This document shows positions 1 through 10,659 of a stretch of DNA of 64,000 nt, in pieces; position 1 is the stretch's first letter; each line of letters begins with the position of its first letter. Below the pieces are notes generated by a model. The model worked only from the letters and a program-made list of their open reading frames with translations, was not told the origin of the DNA and searched no databases. The DNA lies in assembly GCA_013152535.1 (NCBI GenBank), contig JAADGE010000055.1:466-64465 (forward strand), given 5' to 3'. The position numbers and the translations under genes were made by a program. The stretch comes from Chlorobiota bacterium. GTDB taxonomy: Bacteria > Bacteroidota > Bacteroidia > Bacteroidales > JAADGE01.

Positions 1-1618
1 TAAAATAACAAATTTTACATTGAGCAATGATGAGCTGACAATAAATTTAGGAACAATTTTACCGCAAAGCACATTAGATTCAATATCTGTTTTTTATCGA
101 GGCGTACCGGACGCAAACGGTTTTGGGTCATTTGAACAAAGTACACATAACGGAGTACCGATTGTTTGGAGTTTATCGGAACCATACGGTGCTAAAGATT
201 GGTGGCCATGCAAACAAAGTTTGGATGATAAAATTGACTCAATTGACGTTTATGTTACAAATCCCGAAGCATACAAAGCGGCAAGACGGATTGCTTATTT
301 CCGAAACTGTTTCGGGAGGAATGAAAACGGCACACTGGAAACATCGACATCCTATAGCTGCCTATCTTATTGCAATTGCCGTTACAAATTATTCGTCATA
401 TTCTGATTATGTAACATTAACAACAGGAGAAAATATAGAAGTACTGAACTATGTTTATCCTGAAAATTTAACATCTGCTCAAAATAATACACCAAATGTA
501 CTGGATGTTATTCAATTATACAGTGATTTGTTTATTCCTTATCCGTTTGCTGATGAAAAATACGGACATGCACAATTTGGATGGGGCGGCGGAATGGAAC
601 ATCAAACAATGAGCTTTATGCACGGTTTCAGTCATCATTTAATGGCTCACGAATTAGCCCATCAATGGTTCGCGGCGACTATGTTACTTGCGGAAGTTGG
701 CATGATATCTGGCTTAACGAAGGTTTTGCAACTTATCTTGACGGAATGACCAATGAACATAATTTAAATGACGACGGAGTAAGTTTTGATGATTGGAAAC
801 AAGACAGAATTAACAGTATAATATCTAAACCGGACGGTTCGGTTTATGTTACCGATACAACAAGCGTTAACCGAATTTTTAACGGACGATTATCCTATGA
901 CAAAGGGGCAATGGTTTTGCATATGTTGAGAAAATATATCGGTGACGATGCTTTTTTTAACGGAATTACAAATTATTTGAACGATTTGGGTAACGGATAT
1001 GCACGTACTTCTGACTTACAATCGCATTTGGAGCAAACTTTCGGGAAATCACTGCAAGATTTTTTTGACGATTGGTTTTACGGCGAAGGATACCCGATTT
1101 ATACGATTTATTTTTCTCAAAATCAGAATAAAGATGTTACGGTTACGATGAATCAAACACAGTCGAATAATTCCGTTGATTTTTTTAATATGAAAATCCC
1201 GCTTAAGTTCTTAGGTGTCGATAAAGATACTGTTATTTGGTTTGATAATAATGTTAACGGAGAACAATTTAATTTTCATCTTGATTTTTTGGTTACTGCT
1301 GCAATATTTGATCCTAATCACGATATTATTTCCGGCAGTTCAACAGTGTTAAAAATTGATACATTTGATAAAGCAAATAAAGTTTTTGTTATCCCGAATC
1401 CTGCAAGAAATAAAATAACGGTTACTTTTCTTGAAAAAATAATCCCGGAAAAAACCATAATCTGTAATAATACGGGAAAGATATTAAAATCATATTCAAA
1501 AAGTAAAGAAAGTAACTATAAATTTGAATTTGACATTTCCGATTTACCTTCGGGAATGTATTATATTTCTTTTTATGAAGACGGGAAAAACATTACTAAA
1601 AAGTTTGTAAAAGATTAA
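1..1618 (+). pseudogene. M1-family zinc aminopeptidase (aminopeptidase N-like) with T9SS C-terminal sorting domain. The 5' end lies outside the window, and the gene is disrupted by two frameshifts.
   Basis: Three overlapping ORFs tile one protein: 20-406 (frame 2), 123-749 (frame 0) and 581-1618 (frame 2). Frame 0 carries GGMEH (a GxMEN-like motif) and HELAH (codons 651-665). The sequence GDYVTCGSWHDIWLNEGFATY continues in frame 2, so the HExxH-x18-E signature only forms if 2 nt at 672-673 are removed. The C-terminus (IPNPARNKITVTF...GMYYISFYEDGKNITKKFVKD) resembles a T9SS CTD. Confidence 0.85.
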
Positions 1619-1637
1619 CAGAATTTGATGATATTTT

Positions 1638-1645
1638 TATCTTTG
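1638..1645 (+). promoter_or_regulatory. Bacteroidota -7 promoter box (TATCTTTG) upstream of ribE
   Basis: Matches the TAnnTTTG consensus and lies 23 nt before the ATG at 1668. Confidence 0.5.
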
Positions 1646-1667
1646 CACAAATTTAAAAAAAAAGATA

Positions 1668-2264
1668 ATGTTTTCAGGAATAACAGAGAAAACCGGAACG
1701 GTAAAAGAAATAATAAAAGACGGTAAAAATATTCATTTTATATTGACTTGCGATTTTGTAAATGAGTTAAAAATTGACCAAAGTTTATCGCATAACGGTG
1801 TATGCCTGACGGTAACAGATGTTACAAAAGATACATATACCGTTACGGCAGTAAATGAAACTTTGATAAAATCAAATCTCGGCTTATTACAAGTCGGCGA
1901 TGAGGTTAATTTAGAACGAAGTATGAAACCTGACAGTTTGCTTGACGGACACATCGTACAGGGACATGTTGACCAAACGGCGGTTTGTACAGACGTTGAA
2001 GAAGCTGACGGAAGTTGGTATTATACTTTTGAATATGAACCGAAAGATGATAACGTAACAGTTGAAAAAGGCTCTGTTTCTGTTAACGGAGTAAGCCTTA
2101 CGGTCGTAAATTCAAAAGAAAATTCTTTTCAGGCGGCAATAATTCCTTTTACTTATGAAATTACAAATTTTCATAATATAAAAAAAGGAACCGTTGTGAA
2201 TATAGAATTTGATATTATAGGAAAATACATAACGAAAATTGTTAAGCAATATATGGGGAAATAA
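1668..2264 (+). CDS. ribE: riboflavin synthase (alpha subunit)
   Basis: 198 aa. The N-terminus MFSGITEKTGTV is typical, and two internal lumazine-binding repeats are present (..HNGVCLTV.. / ..VNGVSLTV..). Confidence 0.9.
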   Translation: MFSGITEKTGTVKEIIKDGKNIHFILTCDFVNELKIDQSLSHNGVCLTVTDVTKDTYTVTAVNETLIKSNLGLLQVGDEVNLERSMKPDSLLDGHIVQGHVDQTAVCTDVEEADGSWYYTFEYEPKDDNVTVEKGSVSVNGVSLTVVNSKENSFQAAIIPFTYEITNFHNIKKGTVVNIEFDIIGKYITKIVKQYMGK

Positions 2265-2282
2265 AATAAATCATAAAATTTT

Positions 2283-2318
2283 AAAAGCCCCTTTTTTCAA
2301 CGAGAAGGGGCTTTTTTT
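2283..2318 (+). terminator. rho-independent terminator after ribE
   Basis: The stem aaaagcccctt / aaggggctttt is followed by a T-run. Confidence 0.75.
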
Positions 2319-2355
2319 AAGCAGTTTTATTAATTTGATATTATAAAAATAAAAT

Positions 2356-2363
2356 TATCTTTG
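2356..2363 (+). promoter_or_regulatory. Bacteroidota -7 promoter box (TATCTTTG) upstream of ileS
   Basis: Matches TAnnTTTG and lies 32 nt before the ATG at 2395. Confidence 0.5.
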
Positions 2364-2394
2364 CAAATTGTTTCAAAATGACAATAATATTATT

Positions 2395-5300
2395 ATGAGT
2401 AAGAAGTTTCAGGAATATAAAGGATTAGATTTATCGCAGGTAAATAAAGATATTCTGAAAAAGTGGAAAGAAGAAAATACATTCGAAAAAAGTATTACTT
2501 CAAGAGAAGGAAATCCTGAATTTATATTTTATGAAGGTCCGCCGTCTGCAAACGGTATGCCGGGTATTCATCATGTTATTTCCCGAACACTTAAAGATGC
2601 TTTCTGCCGATACAAAACCTTACAAGGTTTTCAGGTAAAAAGAAAAGCCGGTTGGGATACGCACGGACTACCTGTTGAACTTGCCGTAGAGAAAAAACTT
2701 GGGATTACAAAAGATGATATAGGAACAAAAATTTCCGTAGAAGAATATAATACTACCTGCCGTAAAGAAGTGATGAAATATACGGCACAATGGGAGGATA
2801 TTACAGAGAAAATGGGTTATTGGGTTGATATGAATAATCCGTATGTTACTTATGATAACAAGTATATTGAAAGTGTTTGGTGGCTGCTTAAGGAGTTGTA
2901 TAACAAAGGCTTACTTTACAAAGGCTATACCATTCAACCATATTCGCCGGCAGCCGGTACAGGATTAAGTTCCCATGAATTAAATCTTCCCGGTTGTTAT
3001 CGTGATGTAAAAGACAGTACGGGTATTGCTCAATTTAAAACTGTTCGAAATGAAAAATCGGAATTTTTATTTGAAAATGTTGATACCGATTTGTATTTTT
3101 TAGCTTGGACAACAACACCTTGGACATTACTTTCAAATACAGCATTAGCAACCGGAGCAAAGATATCATATTTAAAAATAAAAACTTTTAACCCGTACAC
3201 CGGAATTTCGGTAACGGTAATAATGGCTAAAGATCGTTTCAGAACATTATTTCCCGAGAAAAATGAAGAGTTAAAATTTGAAGATTATACTAAAGGAGAT
3301 AAAAACATACCGTATAAAGTTATCGGAGAATATAAAGGAAAAGACCTTGCCGGAATTTCATACGAGCAGCTTTTACCCTACAAACAACCCGAAGACGGAG
3401 ATGCGTTTAAAGTTTTAAACGGCGATTTTGTTACTACCGAAGACGGAACCGGAATTGTGCATATAGCTCCGAGTTTTGGTGCTGACGACTATTTTGTTGC
3501 AAAGAAAAACGGCATAGGTTCTTTGACGTTGGTAAATAAGAAAGGTGAATTCGTTGAGGGTGTCGGAGAATTCAGCGGGCGACCGGTAAAAAATGCCTAC
3601 GATCCGTCAATTCCGGAAAATACTCCGAGTGTTGATATTGATATTTTAGTAAAACTGAAACAAGAAAATAAACTTTTTAAAAGCGAAAAATACGAACATT
3701 CTTATCCGCATTGTTGGCGAACCGACAAGCCTATTTTATATTATCCGTTGGATTCTTGGTTTATCAAGTCTACTGCAATGAAAGACAGGATGCTGGAACT
3801 GAATAAAACCATAAACTGGCAACCGCCGGCAACAGGTGAAGGTCGTTTCGGGAAATGGTTGGAAAACTTAATCGATTGGAACTTATCTCGTTCAAGATAT
3901 TGGGGAACACCGTTGCCGATTTGGCGAACTGAAGATGCTTCGGAAGAAATTTGTCTCGGTTCTTTGGAAGAATTGAAAACAGAATCGGAAAAAGCCGTAA
4001 AAGCCGGTTTTATGAAAGAAAATCCCTTAAAAGATTTTGTTCCGGGTGATTTCTCAAAAGAAAATTATCTGAAATTTGATATGCACCGTCCGTATGTTGA
4101 TGAACTAATTTTAGTTTCTCCTTCCGGTAAAAAAATGTATCGCGAAGCCGACTTAATTGATGTATGGTTCGATTCCGGTTCAATGCCTTATGCTCAAATG
4201 CACTATCCGTTTGAAAATAAAGAAAATTTAAAACATGCTTTTCCGGCTGATTATATTGCCGAAGGTGTTGACCAAACACGCGGCTGGTTCTTTACGCTTC
4301 ACGCAATATCAACAATGTTATTTGATTCCGTTGCGTATAAAAATATTATTGCAACCGGTTTACTCTTAGATAAAAACGGTGTAAAAATGTCAAAACGTAT
4401 CGGAAACGTAGTTGACCCTTTCAGCACAATCGAAAAATACGGTTCCGACCCTGTTCGTTGGTATATGCTGACAAATTCACGACCTTGGGATAATTTAAAA
4501 TTTGACCTTTCCGGAGTTGATGAGGTAAAACGGAAATTTTTCGGAACTTTGTATAATACCTATTCATTCTTTTCATTATATGCAAATTTGGACGGTTTTA
4601 AATATGAAGAAAAAGAAATTCCGCTTAACGAAAGACCCGAAATTGACAAATGGATTATTTCTTTATTAAATACATTGATTAATAAAGTTCAAAATTCGTT
4701 AGATAATTACGAACCTACAACGGCAGGCAGATTAATTCAAAATTTTGTTATTGATAATTTGAGTAATTGGTATGTTCGCTTAAACAGAAAACGTTTTTGG
4801 GGACAGGAGTATAATACGGATAAAATTTCTGCTTATCAAACCTTATATACTTGTTTGGAAACTGTTGCAAAATTAATGTCACCGATTGCACCGTTCTATT
4901 CAGAACAATTATTTTCGGATTTGAATGCCGTTTCCGGAAAAAATGTAAATTCCGTACATCTTTCAAATTATCCGAAATATAATGCAGCATCAACAGATAA
5001 AAAACTTGAAGAAAGAATGGAACTTGCACAGCAAATTTCTTCACTGACTTTAAGTTTAAGGAGAAAAAGTAAGCTGAAAGTAAGGCAGCCGCTGCAAAAA
5101 ATTATGATTCCGATATTGAATGATGAATTTAAAAAACAAATTGAAGCCGTAAAGGATATAATTTTAACCGAAATTAACGTTAAAGAAATCGAATACCTTA
5201 AGGACAGCAGCGGAATTATTGTTAAAAAGTTAAAACCGGATTTTCGAGTAATGGGAAAAAAATACGGTAAATTTGTAAAACCTATTTCTAAATTGCTGTC

Positions 5301-5760
5301 TGAATTTTCACAAGAAGACATTTTAAAATTTGAACAAAGCGGAAATGTTGTCCTTAATATCGAAGGAGACGAAAAAACAATAACCATTGATGAGGTTCAG
5401 GTTGTAACAGAAGATATTCCCGGATTATTGGCTGCAAATAAAGGAACTTTAACGGTTGCTTTGGATACGGAAATTACTAACGAATTAAAGTCGGAAGGAA
5501 TAGCACGCGAGATTGTAAATAAAATTCAAAATATCAGAAAAGATTCCGGATTTGAAGTTACGGACAAAATAAATATTGATATTGAAAGTAATGAACCGAT
5601 TAATAAAGCAATTAATAAATACGAAGATTATATTAAATCTCAGGTACTTGCTAATAAAATAAATATAAAAGACAGCCTGAATCATAATGAAGAAGAGTTT
5701 GAAAAAATAGAAATTGATGAAAACCTTTATGCTAAGGTTTCAGTAAATAAAATTCAATAA
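2395..5760 (+). CDS. ileS: isoleucine--tRNA ligase
   Basis: Class I aaRS motifs are present: PSANGMPGIHH (HIGH-type) and VKMSKR (KMSKS). The product is long (about 1121 aa). The ORF-track start at 2368 is a TTG, so ATG 2395 (MSKKFQEYKG) is the more likely start. Confidence 0.95.
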   Translation: MSKKFQEYKGLDLSQVNKDILKKWKEENTFEKSITSREGNPEFIFYEGPPSANGMPGIHHVISRTLKDAFCRYKTLQGFQVKRKAGWDTHGLPVELAVEKKLGITKDDIGTKISVEEYNTTCRKEVMKYTAQWEDITEKMGYWVDMNNPYVTYDNKYIESVWWLLKELYNKGLLYKGYTIQPYSPAAGTGLSSHELNLPGCYRDVKDSTGIAQFKTVRNEKSEFLFENVDTDLYFLAWTTTPWTLLSNTALATGAKISYLKIKTFNPYTGISVTVIMAKDRFRTLFPEKNEELKFEDYTKGDKNIPYKVIGEYKGKDLAGISYEQLLPYKQPEDGDAFKVLNGDFVTTEDGTGIVHIAPSFGADDYFVAKKNGIGSLTLVNKKGEFVEGVGEFSGRPVKNAYDPSIPENTPSVDIDILVKLKQENKLFKSEKYEHSYPHCWRTDKPILYYPLDSWFIKSTAMKDRMLELNKTINWQPPATGEGRFGKWLENLIDWNLSRSRYWGTPLPIWRTEDASEEICLGSLEELKTESEKAVKAGFMKENPLKDFVPGDFSKENYLKFDMHRPYVDELILVSPSGKKMYREADLIDVWFDSGSMPYAQMHYPFENKENLKHAFPADYIAEGVDQTRGWFFTLHAISTMLFDSVAYKNIIATGLLLDKNGVKMSKRIGNVVDPFSTIEKYGSDPVRWYMLTNSRPWDNLKFDLSGVDEVKRKFFGTLYNTYSFFSLYANLDGFKYEEKEIPLNERPEIDKWIISLLNTLINKVQNSLDNYEPTTAGRLIQNFVIDNLSNWYVRLNRKRFWGQEYNTDKISAYQTLYTCLETVAKLMSPIAPFYSEQLFSDLNAVSGKNVNSVHLSNYPKYNAASTDKKLEERMELAQQISSLTLSLRRKSKLKVRQPLQKIMIPILNDEFKKQIEAVKDIILTEINVKEIEYLKDSSGIIVKKLKPDFRVMGKKYGKFVKPISKLLSEFSQEDILKFEQSGNVVLNIEGDEKTITIDEVQVVTEDIPGLLAANKGTLTVALDTEITNELKSEGIAREIVNKIQNIRKDSGFEVTDKINIDIESNEPINKAINKYEDYIKSQVLANKINIKDSLNHNEEEFEKIEIDENLYAKVSVNKIQ

Positions 5761-5775
5761 TTTAACAGATAAGTC

Positions 5776-6168
5776 ATGTCAAACAAAAGTAAACTAGAAA
5801 AATCGCGTTATTCTGATGAAGAATTACAGGAATTTAAGAAGATTATCGAACACAAACTCGAAAGAGCACGAAAAGATTATCAATTATTGAGCAGCACCCT
5901 TTCACATGAAGGCTCTAATGATATTCAGGACACTTCACCGACTTTTAAGGTCTTGGAAGAAGGCGCAACAACTTTGTCAAGAGAACATACCGGACGATTG
6001 GCACAGAGACAACTTAAATTTATTTCTCATTTGGAAGCCGCATTGGTTCGTATTGAGAATAAAACATACGGAATTTGTCGAGAAACCGGAAAATTAATTT
6101 CAAAAGAACGATTAAGAGCTGTGCCTCATGCAACTTTGAGCATTGAAGCAAAAAAAAATCAGAATTAA
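5776..6168 (+). CDS. TraR/DksA-family regulator (C-terminal YGICRETGKLISKERLRAVPHATLSIEAK)
   Basis: Coiled-coil N-terminus with a DksA-like C-terminus. Only one Cys is present, so this is a non-C4 (zinc-less) variant. Confidence 0.7.
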   Translation: MSNKSKLEKSRYSDEELQEFKKIIEHKLERARKDYQLLSSTLSHEGSNDIQDTSPTFKVLEEGATTLSREHTGRLAQRQLKFISHLEAALVRIENKTYGICRETGKLISKERLRAVPHATLSIEAKKNQN

Positions 6169-6182
6169 TATAAACTGTAATA

Positions 6183-6788
6183 ATGTCTTTATTTAAAAAA
6201 TCATTAATACTTGTTTTTTTGCTTTTGCTGATTGATCAGACAGTAAAAATTTGGATTAAAACACATTTTGCTCTCGGAGAAGGTTTTTCTGTATTCGGAA
6301 ATTGGGCAAAAATTAATTTTGTTGAAAATCCCGGAATGGCATTTGGATTGAAATGGGGCGGAGATGCAGGAAAATTATTGCTGAGCAGTTTCAGATTAGC
6401 AGCTATTGCAGCACTAATTTGGTATTTATATTCAATATCAAAAAAGAAGTTACCTAAGATTGCAGTTTTTAGTGTTGCATTAATTTTAACCGGTGCAATC
6501 GGAAATATTTTAGACAGTGCTTTTTACGGATTAATTTTCTCAAATTCAACATATCACACTGTAGCTCAGTTGTTTCCTGCAGCAGGAGGATATGCAGGAT
6601 TTTTACATGGGTCTGTTGTTGATATGTTTTATTTTCCGATGTTTCATGGCGTTTTGCCTTCTTGGATTCCGATATACGGCGGCGAAAATTTTGTATTTTT
6701 CAGCCCGGTTTTTAATGTTGCGGATTCTTGTATTACGATAGGTGTATTTTTAGTTATTTTATTCAGAAAACGATTTGTAAAAGATTAA
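6183..6788 (+). CDS. lspA: lipoprotein signal peptidase (signal peptidase II)
   Basis: Multi-TM protein with motifs FVENPGMAFG and FNVADS. Shows the classic ileS-lspA linkage. Confidence 0.9.
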   Translation: MSLFKKSLILVFLLLLIDQTVKIWIKTHFALGEGFSVFGNWAKINFVENPGMAFGLKWGGDAGKLLLSSFRLAAIAALIWYLYSISKKKLPKIAVFSVALILTGAIGNILDSAFYGLIFSNSTYHTVAQLFPAAGGYAGFLHGSVVDMFYFPMFHGVLPSWIPIYGGENFVFFSPVFNVADSCITIGVFLVILFRKRFVKD

Positions 6789-6811
6789 ATTGACTTACTG
6801 AAATTTTTACG

Positions 6812-6836
6812 GGACGGATTTTTCCGTCCTTTTTTG
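6812..6836 (+). terminator. rho-independent terminator after lspA
   Basis: Hairpin ggacgga-tttt-tccgtcc followed by a T-run. Confidence 0.75.
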
Positions 6837-6930
6837 TTTCCGACTTAGTTATTTTTTATATTTTTAACCTTTTAAAAGAACCTTGAATTAAATTTTTGAA
6901 AATTTTCATAAAAATTATTATTATAAACAT

Positions 6931-8595
6931 ATGAAAAAATTAACACTTCATGTCATTCTTTTTATAAGTTTTACTGTTTTTTTTCTGACAGTTTTATTTT
7001 TTTCTGTTAGTGAACTCGTTTATATATACAATTATACAAAAACAGATAATGAAATTCAATCAATTTATACACAAGAGAAATTGATTGAAGAATTAAATTT
7101 TGTTTTTGAAACAGATGTAAATCTCACTCAAATATTAATGATTACCGAAAAGAAAACGGAATTAAACAATTTTCAGAAAAAACATCAGGAAAATTCAACA
7201 AAGTATAATAAAAATAATGACAGATTAAGACTGTTGCTTTCCGGCGTAAATGCAGATCCTGAAAACTTAAAAATACTTCGTATAATTGAAGATGCTGCAA
7301 AATTGTATAATAAAGAGATTGACCCTTTAATTTTATCCTTAATTAAACAAAAAGAAAAACTGACGGAAATTCAAAAAGATTTTCCGAAAAGTATTAATTC
7401 AAAGGATTTTAATATTTTATATGCAAATATTCAGGAAGAGATTAATCAAATTAAGGAAACTTCCGGAATTGTTTCGGATAATTTAATTACGGCAAAAAAA
7501 ATCATTAAAAAAAATGCTTCTGTTTTGTCTGAACAAAAAAATAATTTGTTAGGAAATGCAGAATTAAGTTTATTTGTTTTTGTCATTTTTGTATTTATTT
7601 TACTTGCTGTAATTTATGGATATATATCAAAATACATTTTTAAACCGACTGCAAAAATTCAAAATTTTGTTGATATATTAGCTACGGGAGCTTTACCGGA
7701 AGAGAAACATTTTATTGCCGGCAAAGATATTATTAATATATCATCGTCTTTAAATAAAGTTGTAGCGAATTTAAAAAAAGCTGTTGTTTTCTCTGAAGAA
7801 TTAGGAAAGGGAAACTTTTCTTCGGAATTTAGACCTGCCGGAGACAAGGATTCTCTCGGAAATACCTTACTTGCCCTAAAAGAAAACTTACAAAAATCTA
7901 AAACAGAAGAAGATAAAAGAAAAACAGAAGAAACTCAAAGACAAAAAACAAATGAAGGATTAACGATGTTTGCAGAAATTTTACGTCGGCATTCCGATAA
8001 TCTTCAAGAATTAGCAGACAAAGTAATTTCTTCCTTGGTTAATTTTACAGGTGCAAATCAAGGAGCTTTGTTTTTTTTGAATGATGAAAATTCTGAAAAT
8101 ATTTTTTATGAATTAATTGGTGCCTATGCTTATAATCGGAAAAAATATCTTTCTAAAGAGATAAAACCGGGAGAAGGTTTAATCGGTGCCGTTGCATTGG
8201 AAAAATATACTGTTTATATGACAGAAGTTCCGGAAGATTATATCGAAATTGAATCAGGTACCGGAAAAGCAAATCCGAAGTCGATACTTATTGTTCCTTT
8301 GAAAATTGAAGATCGGGTGTTGGGAGTTATAGAATTGGCATCGTTTAATAAATTTAATAAAGAAGAAATAAAAACAGTTGAGAAAATTGCTGAAAGTATT
8401 GCCGGTTCACTTTCGAGTGCTAAAATAAATATGCAAACGACAAAATTGAACGCACAATTTCGAGAACGTGTAGAATTATTGCAACAAACAGAAAAAGAAC
8501 TTGACGAAAGTTTAAATGAAATTAAAAACTTAACACGAAAAATTACACGACTCGAAAGAGAAAATAATCGCTTAAAGAATATGATTGAAACATAA
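6931..8595 (+). CDS. membrane-anchored HAMP + GAF domain signalling protein with C-terminal coiled coil
   Basis: Two TM segments, a HAMP-like linker after the second TM, and a GAF core (GANQGALFFLND...GEGLIGAV...ILIVPLKIEDRVLGVIELASF). No enzymatic output domain was recognised. Confidence 0.7.
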   Translation: MKKLTLHVILFISFTVFFLTVLFFSVSELVYIYNYTKTDNEIQSIYTQEKLIEELNFVFETDVNLTQILMITEKKTELNNFQKKHQENSTKYNKNNDRLRLLLSGVNADPENLKILRIIEDAAKLYNKEIDPLILSLIKQKEKLTEIQKDFPKSINSKDFNILYANIQEEINQIKETSGIVSDNLITAKKIIKKNASVLSEQKNNLLGNAELSLFVFVIFVFILLAVIYGYISKYIFKPTAKIQNFVDILATGALPEEKHFIAGKDIINISSSLNKVVANLKKAVVFSEELGKGNFSSEFRPAGDKDSLGNTLLALKENLQKSKTEEDKRKTEETQRQKTNEGLTMFAEILRRHSDNLQELADKVISSLVNFTGANQGALFFLNDENSENIFYELIGAYAYNRKKYLSKEIKPGEGLIGAVALEKYTVYMTEVPEDYIEIESGTGKANPKSILIVPLKIEDRVLGVIELASFNKFNKEEIKTVEKIAESIAGSLSSAKINMQTTKLNAQFRERVELLQQTEKELDESLNEIKNLTRKITRLERENNRLKNMIET

Positions 8596-8644
8596 ATTTT
8601 TTATATCTATCATTTTGACAGCGGTTTGGTATTAACAGTTAAAT

Positions 8645-9733
8645 TTAGTCATCACCTTTATTCATTATTACAAGTTCTTTATTGTATTTTTTTCCGTAAA
8701 GATCCCACATTACAATAAATAATGCTGTTAAAATCGGTCCGGCAAGAAAACCGATAACTCCGAGCCATAACAAGCCTCCGAGACTTGCAATAAGAGCCAT
8801 TGCTGTGTGCATTCCGCTTCTGTTTGCATCAAGCCGGGGACGTATTAAATTTTGATTTACCAGTACTGCACCAACTCCGAAAATGAGTAAAAGTGTTCCT
8901 GTTGTATAATTTCCGATTAAAAAATAAATAATAACAGCCGGTACCATTATGCTGTTTGTTCCTACGATAGGAATAATGGAAAGTGCAGCCATAACAATGC
9001 CCCAAAATACCGGTGACGGGACACCGACAACAGCAAATAATATTCCGCCGTATGTTCCTTCAATTGCACCGAGTAAAAATGAATTAAATACAATTCCGTC
9101 AGTTACCTTTTCAATATTATTAATTAATGTCTGTTCATCGGAATCTTGCAAGGGTATTAGATATTGCAGACGTTTTAGCAGGTTGTCGCCGTCGGCAAAC
9201 AAAAAATATAATATAAATAATACAAAAAAAGTATGAATCAGCATATAAGTTAAACCGGTAAAAGTATTTTGCAAAAGAGAAACCGTCCAACCGGTTGCTG
9301 TTCCGATAAAATCATCGAGTTTTTTTTCTAAATCTTCAAATTTAATTCTCTCTACATATTTATTTACATACGGAATGTCTTTAAACCGGTCTTTAATATT
9401 TGTTTCGGAAAGTTCTTTTTTTATATCGGGCCATTGATTTTTAATTTTTGAATAATTTTCACCTGCTTCATTTGCAATAACAAGACCCACAAGCATAATC
9501 GGAATAACAATGACAATTACAACAAGAAAAGTTGTAATACCTGCGGCACGCCGGGTATTATTTTTAAATTTTTTACGCAACCAACGAAACGGTCTTTTAA
9601 ATAAAATAACAAGAATCAACGCAAGAAAAGCGTCTCCGATAAACGGTTCCAGTATATTGTAGAAAGCAATTGTTAAAACAATCAGAATCAAAAAGAAAAA
9701 AATGTCTTGTAAGGATAAATTAAATTTATTCAT
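8645..9733 (-). CDS. AI-2E family transporter (PerM/UPF0118-like permease)
   Basis: 362-aa polytopic membrane protein with family-typical architecture and C-terminal motifs. Confidence 0.75.
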   Translation of the reverse strand: MNKFNLSLQDIFFFLILIVLTIAFYNILEPFIGDAFLALILVILFKRPFRWLRKKFKNNTRRAAGITTFLVVIVIVIPIMLVGLVIANEAGENYSKIKNQWPDIKKELSETNIKDRFKDIPYVNKYVERIKFEDLEKKLDDFIGTATGWTVSLLQNTFTGLTYMLIHTFFVLFILYFLFADGDNLLKRLQYLIPLQDSDEQTLINNIEKVTDGIVFNSFLLGAIEGTYGGILFAVVGVPSPVFWGIVMAALSIIPIVGTNSIMVPAVIIYFLIGNYTTGTLLLIFGVGAVLVNQNLIRPRLDANRSGMHTAMALIASLGGLLWLGVIGFLAGPILTALFIVMWDLYGKKYNKELVIMNKGDD

Positions 9734-9744
9734 CGGACTGGTTT

Positions 9745-10629
9745 TTATTGTTTGGATGTCTTAAGTTTAACGATATTATTAACGGTCATATCCCAAGTAT
9801 ATGCAGGTTCGCTGTTTTTTGTATATAGCATATTTACGCTTCCTGTTCCGAATTGTTTGATAAGTCCTTCTTTAATAATACACGAAAGTTTATCAAGAAC
9901 AAATTTGTTTTCGGCAGTTCCTTTAATATTATATGAAATAAAAACACGATTCATCGGAATTAGTTTGTTTTTATCGGATGAAAAGTCGCTTTTTTCTGAG
10001 ATAAAATAGTTTTTTTCTGAAATTGAATCCAGTGTATATGTTTTATTATAAAAGTTGAAAATTCCTGAAGTTAATGTATCCTGAACAGACCAAGAATTGC
10101 CCGGGCTTATTGACGTGTCCGGAAAAATGATGCTTACAGGTAAATCACCGGTGATTTTTTGTTCAACAGATTGTGAAAAAATATATTTTTGTGATTCTTC
10201 CGAAGAATCTGAAAACAGTTTGTTAATTGTAAAAAGCGGTATTTTTTTGCCTTTTTTCGAGAGTTGAAAATTCAGTTCTTTTGTCAGAAAATGTTTGAAA
10301 ATTTTAGAAACTTGATTATTTGAACTGTCGGAACTGAAAAATTGTTTTTGTCCGGACTGATTGACTAAACTTGATATTTTATTAAATTTTACATTCAGAT
10401 GATAGTTTACATCGGACGGGATTTCGGTAATTGTTAAGGTGTAAAAAATTTGTTGATTTGTAGAAACATCTTGTGGGCTGCCTGCAACTTCTTGCATACT
10501 TTGAGATGTGATATTTGTTGTAACAGTATATATGTCAGTATTTTGAAACTTATATTTTAAATCAACTTTCTTTTGAGAAAATAAAGGGAGTGAAATGAGA
10601 ACGAAAATAAAAGTGTAAAATTGATTCAT
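9745..10629 (-). CDS. hypothetical secreted protein
   Basis: N-terminal signal peptide MNQFYTFIFVLISLPLFSQ. Tightly spaced between hflX and the AI-2E transporter gene. Confidence 0.5.
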   Translation of the reverse strand: MNQFYTFIFVLISLPLFSQKKVDLKYKFQNTDIYTVTTNITSQSMQEVAGSPQDVSTNQQIFYTLTITEIPSDVNYHLNVKFNKISSLVNQSGQKQFFSSDSSNNQVSKIFKHFLTKELNFQLSKKGKKIPLFTINKLFSDSSEESQKYIFSQSVEQKITGDLPVSIIFPDTSISPGNSWSVQDTLTSGIFNFYNKTYTLDSISEKNYFISEKSDFSSDKNKLIPMNRVFISYNIKGTAENKFVLDKLSCIIKEGLIKQFGTGSVNMLYTKNSEPAYTWDMTVNNIVKLKTSKQ

Positions 10630-10659
10630 TCGACTGCTTTAAAATTTATCTTTTCAAAG

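Noticed and set aside
1619-1667. A possible FMN riboswitch upstream of riboflavin synthase
   Set aside because: The intergenic region is only 49 nt and is occupied by a promoter box, which is far too short for an FMN aptamer.
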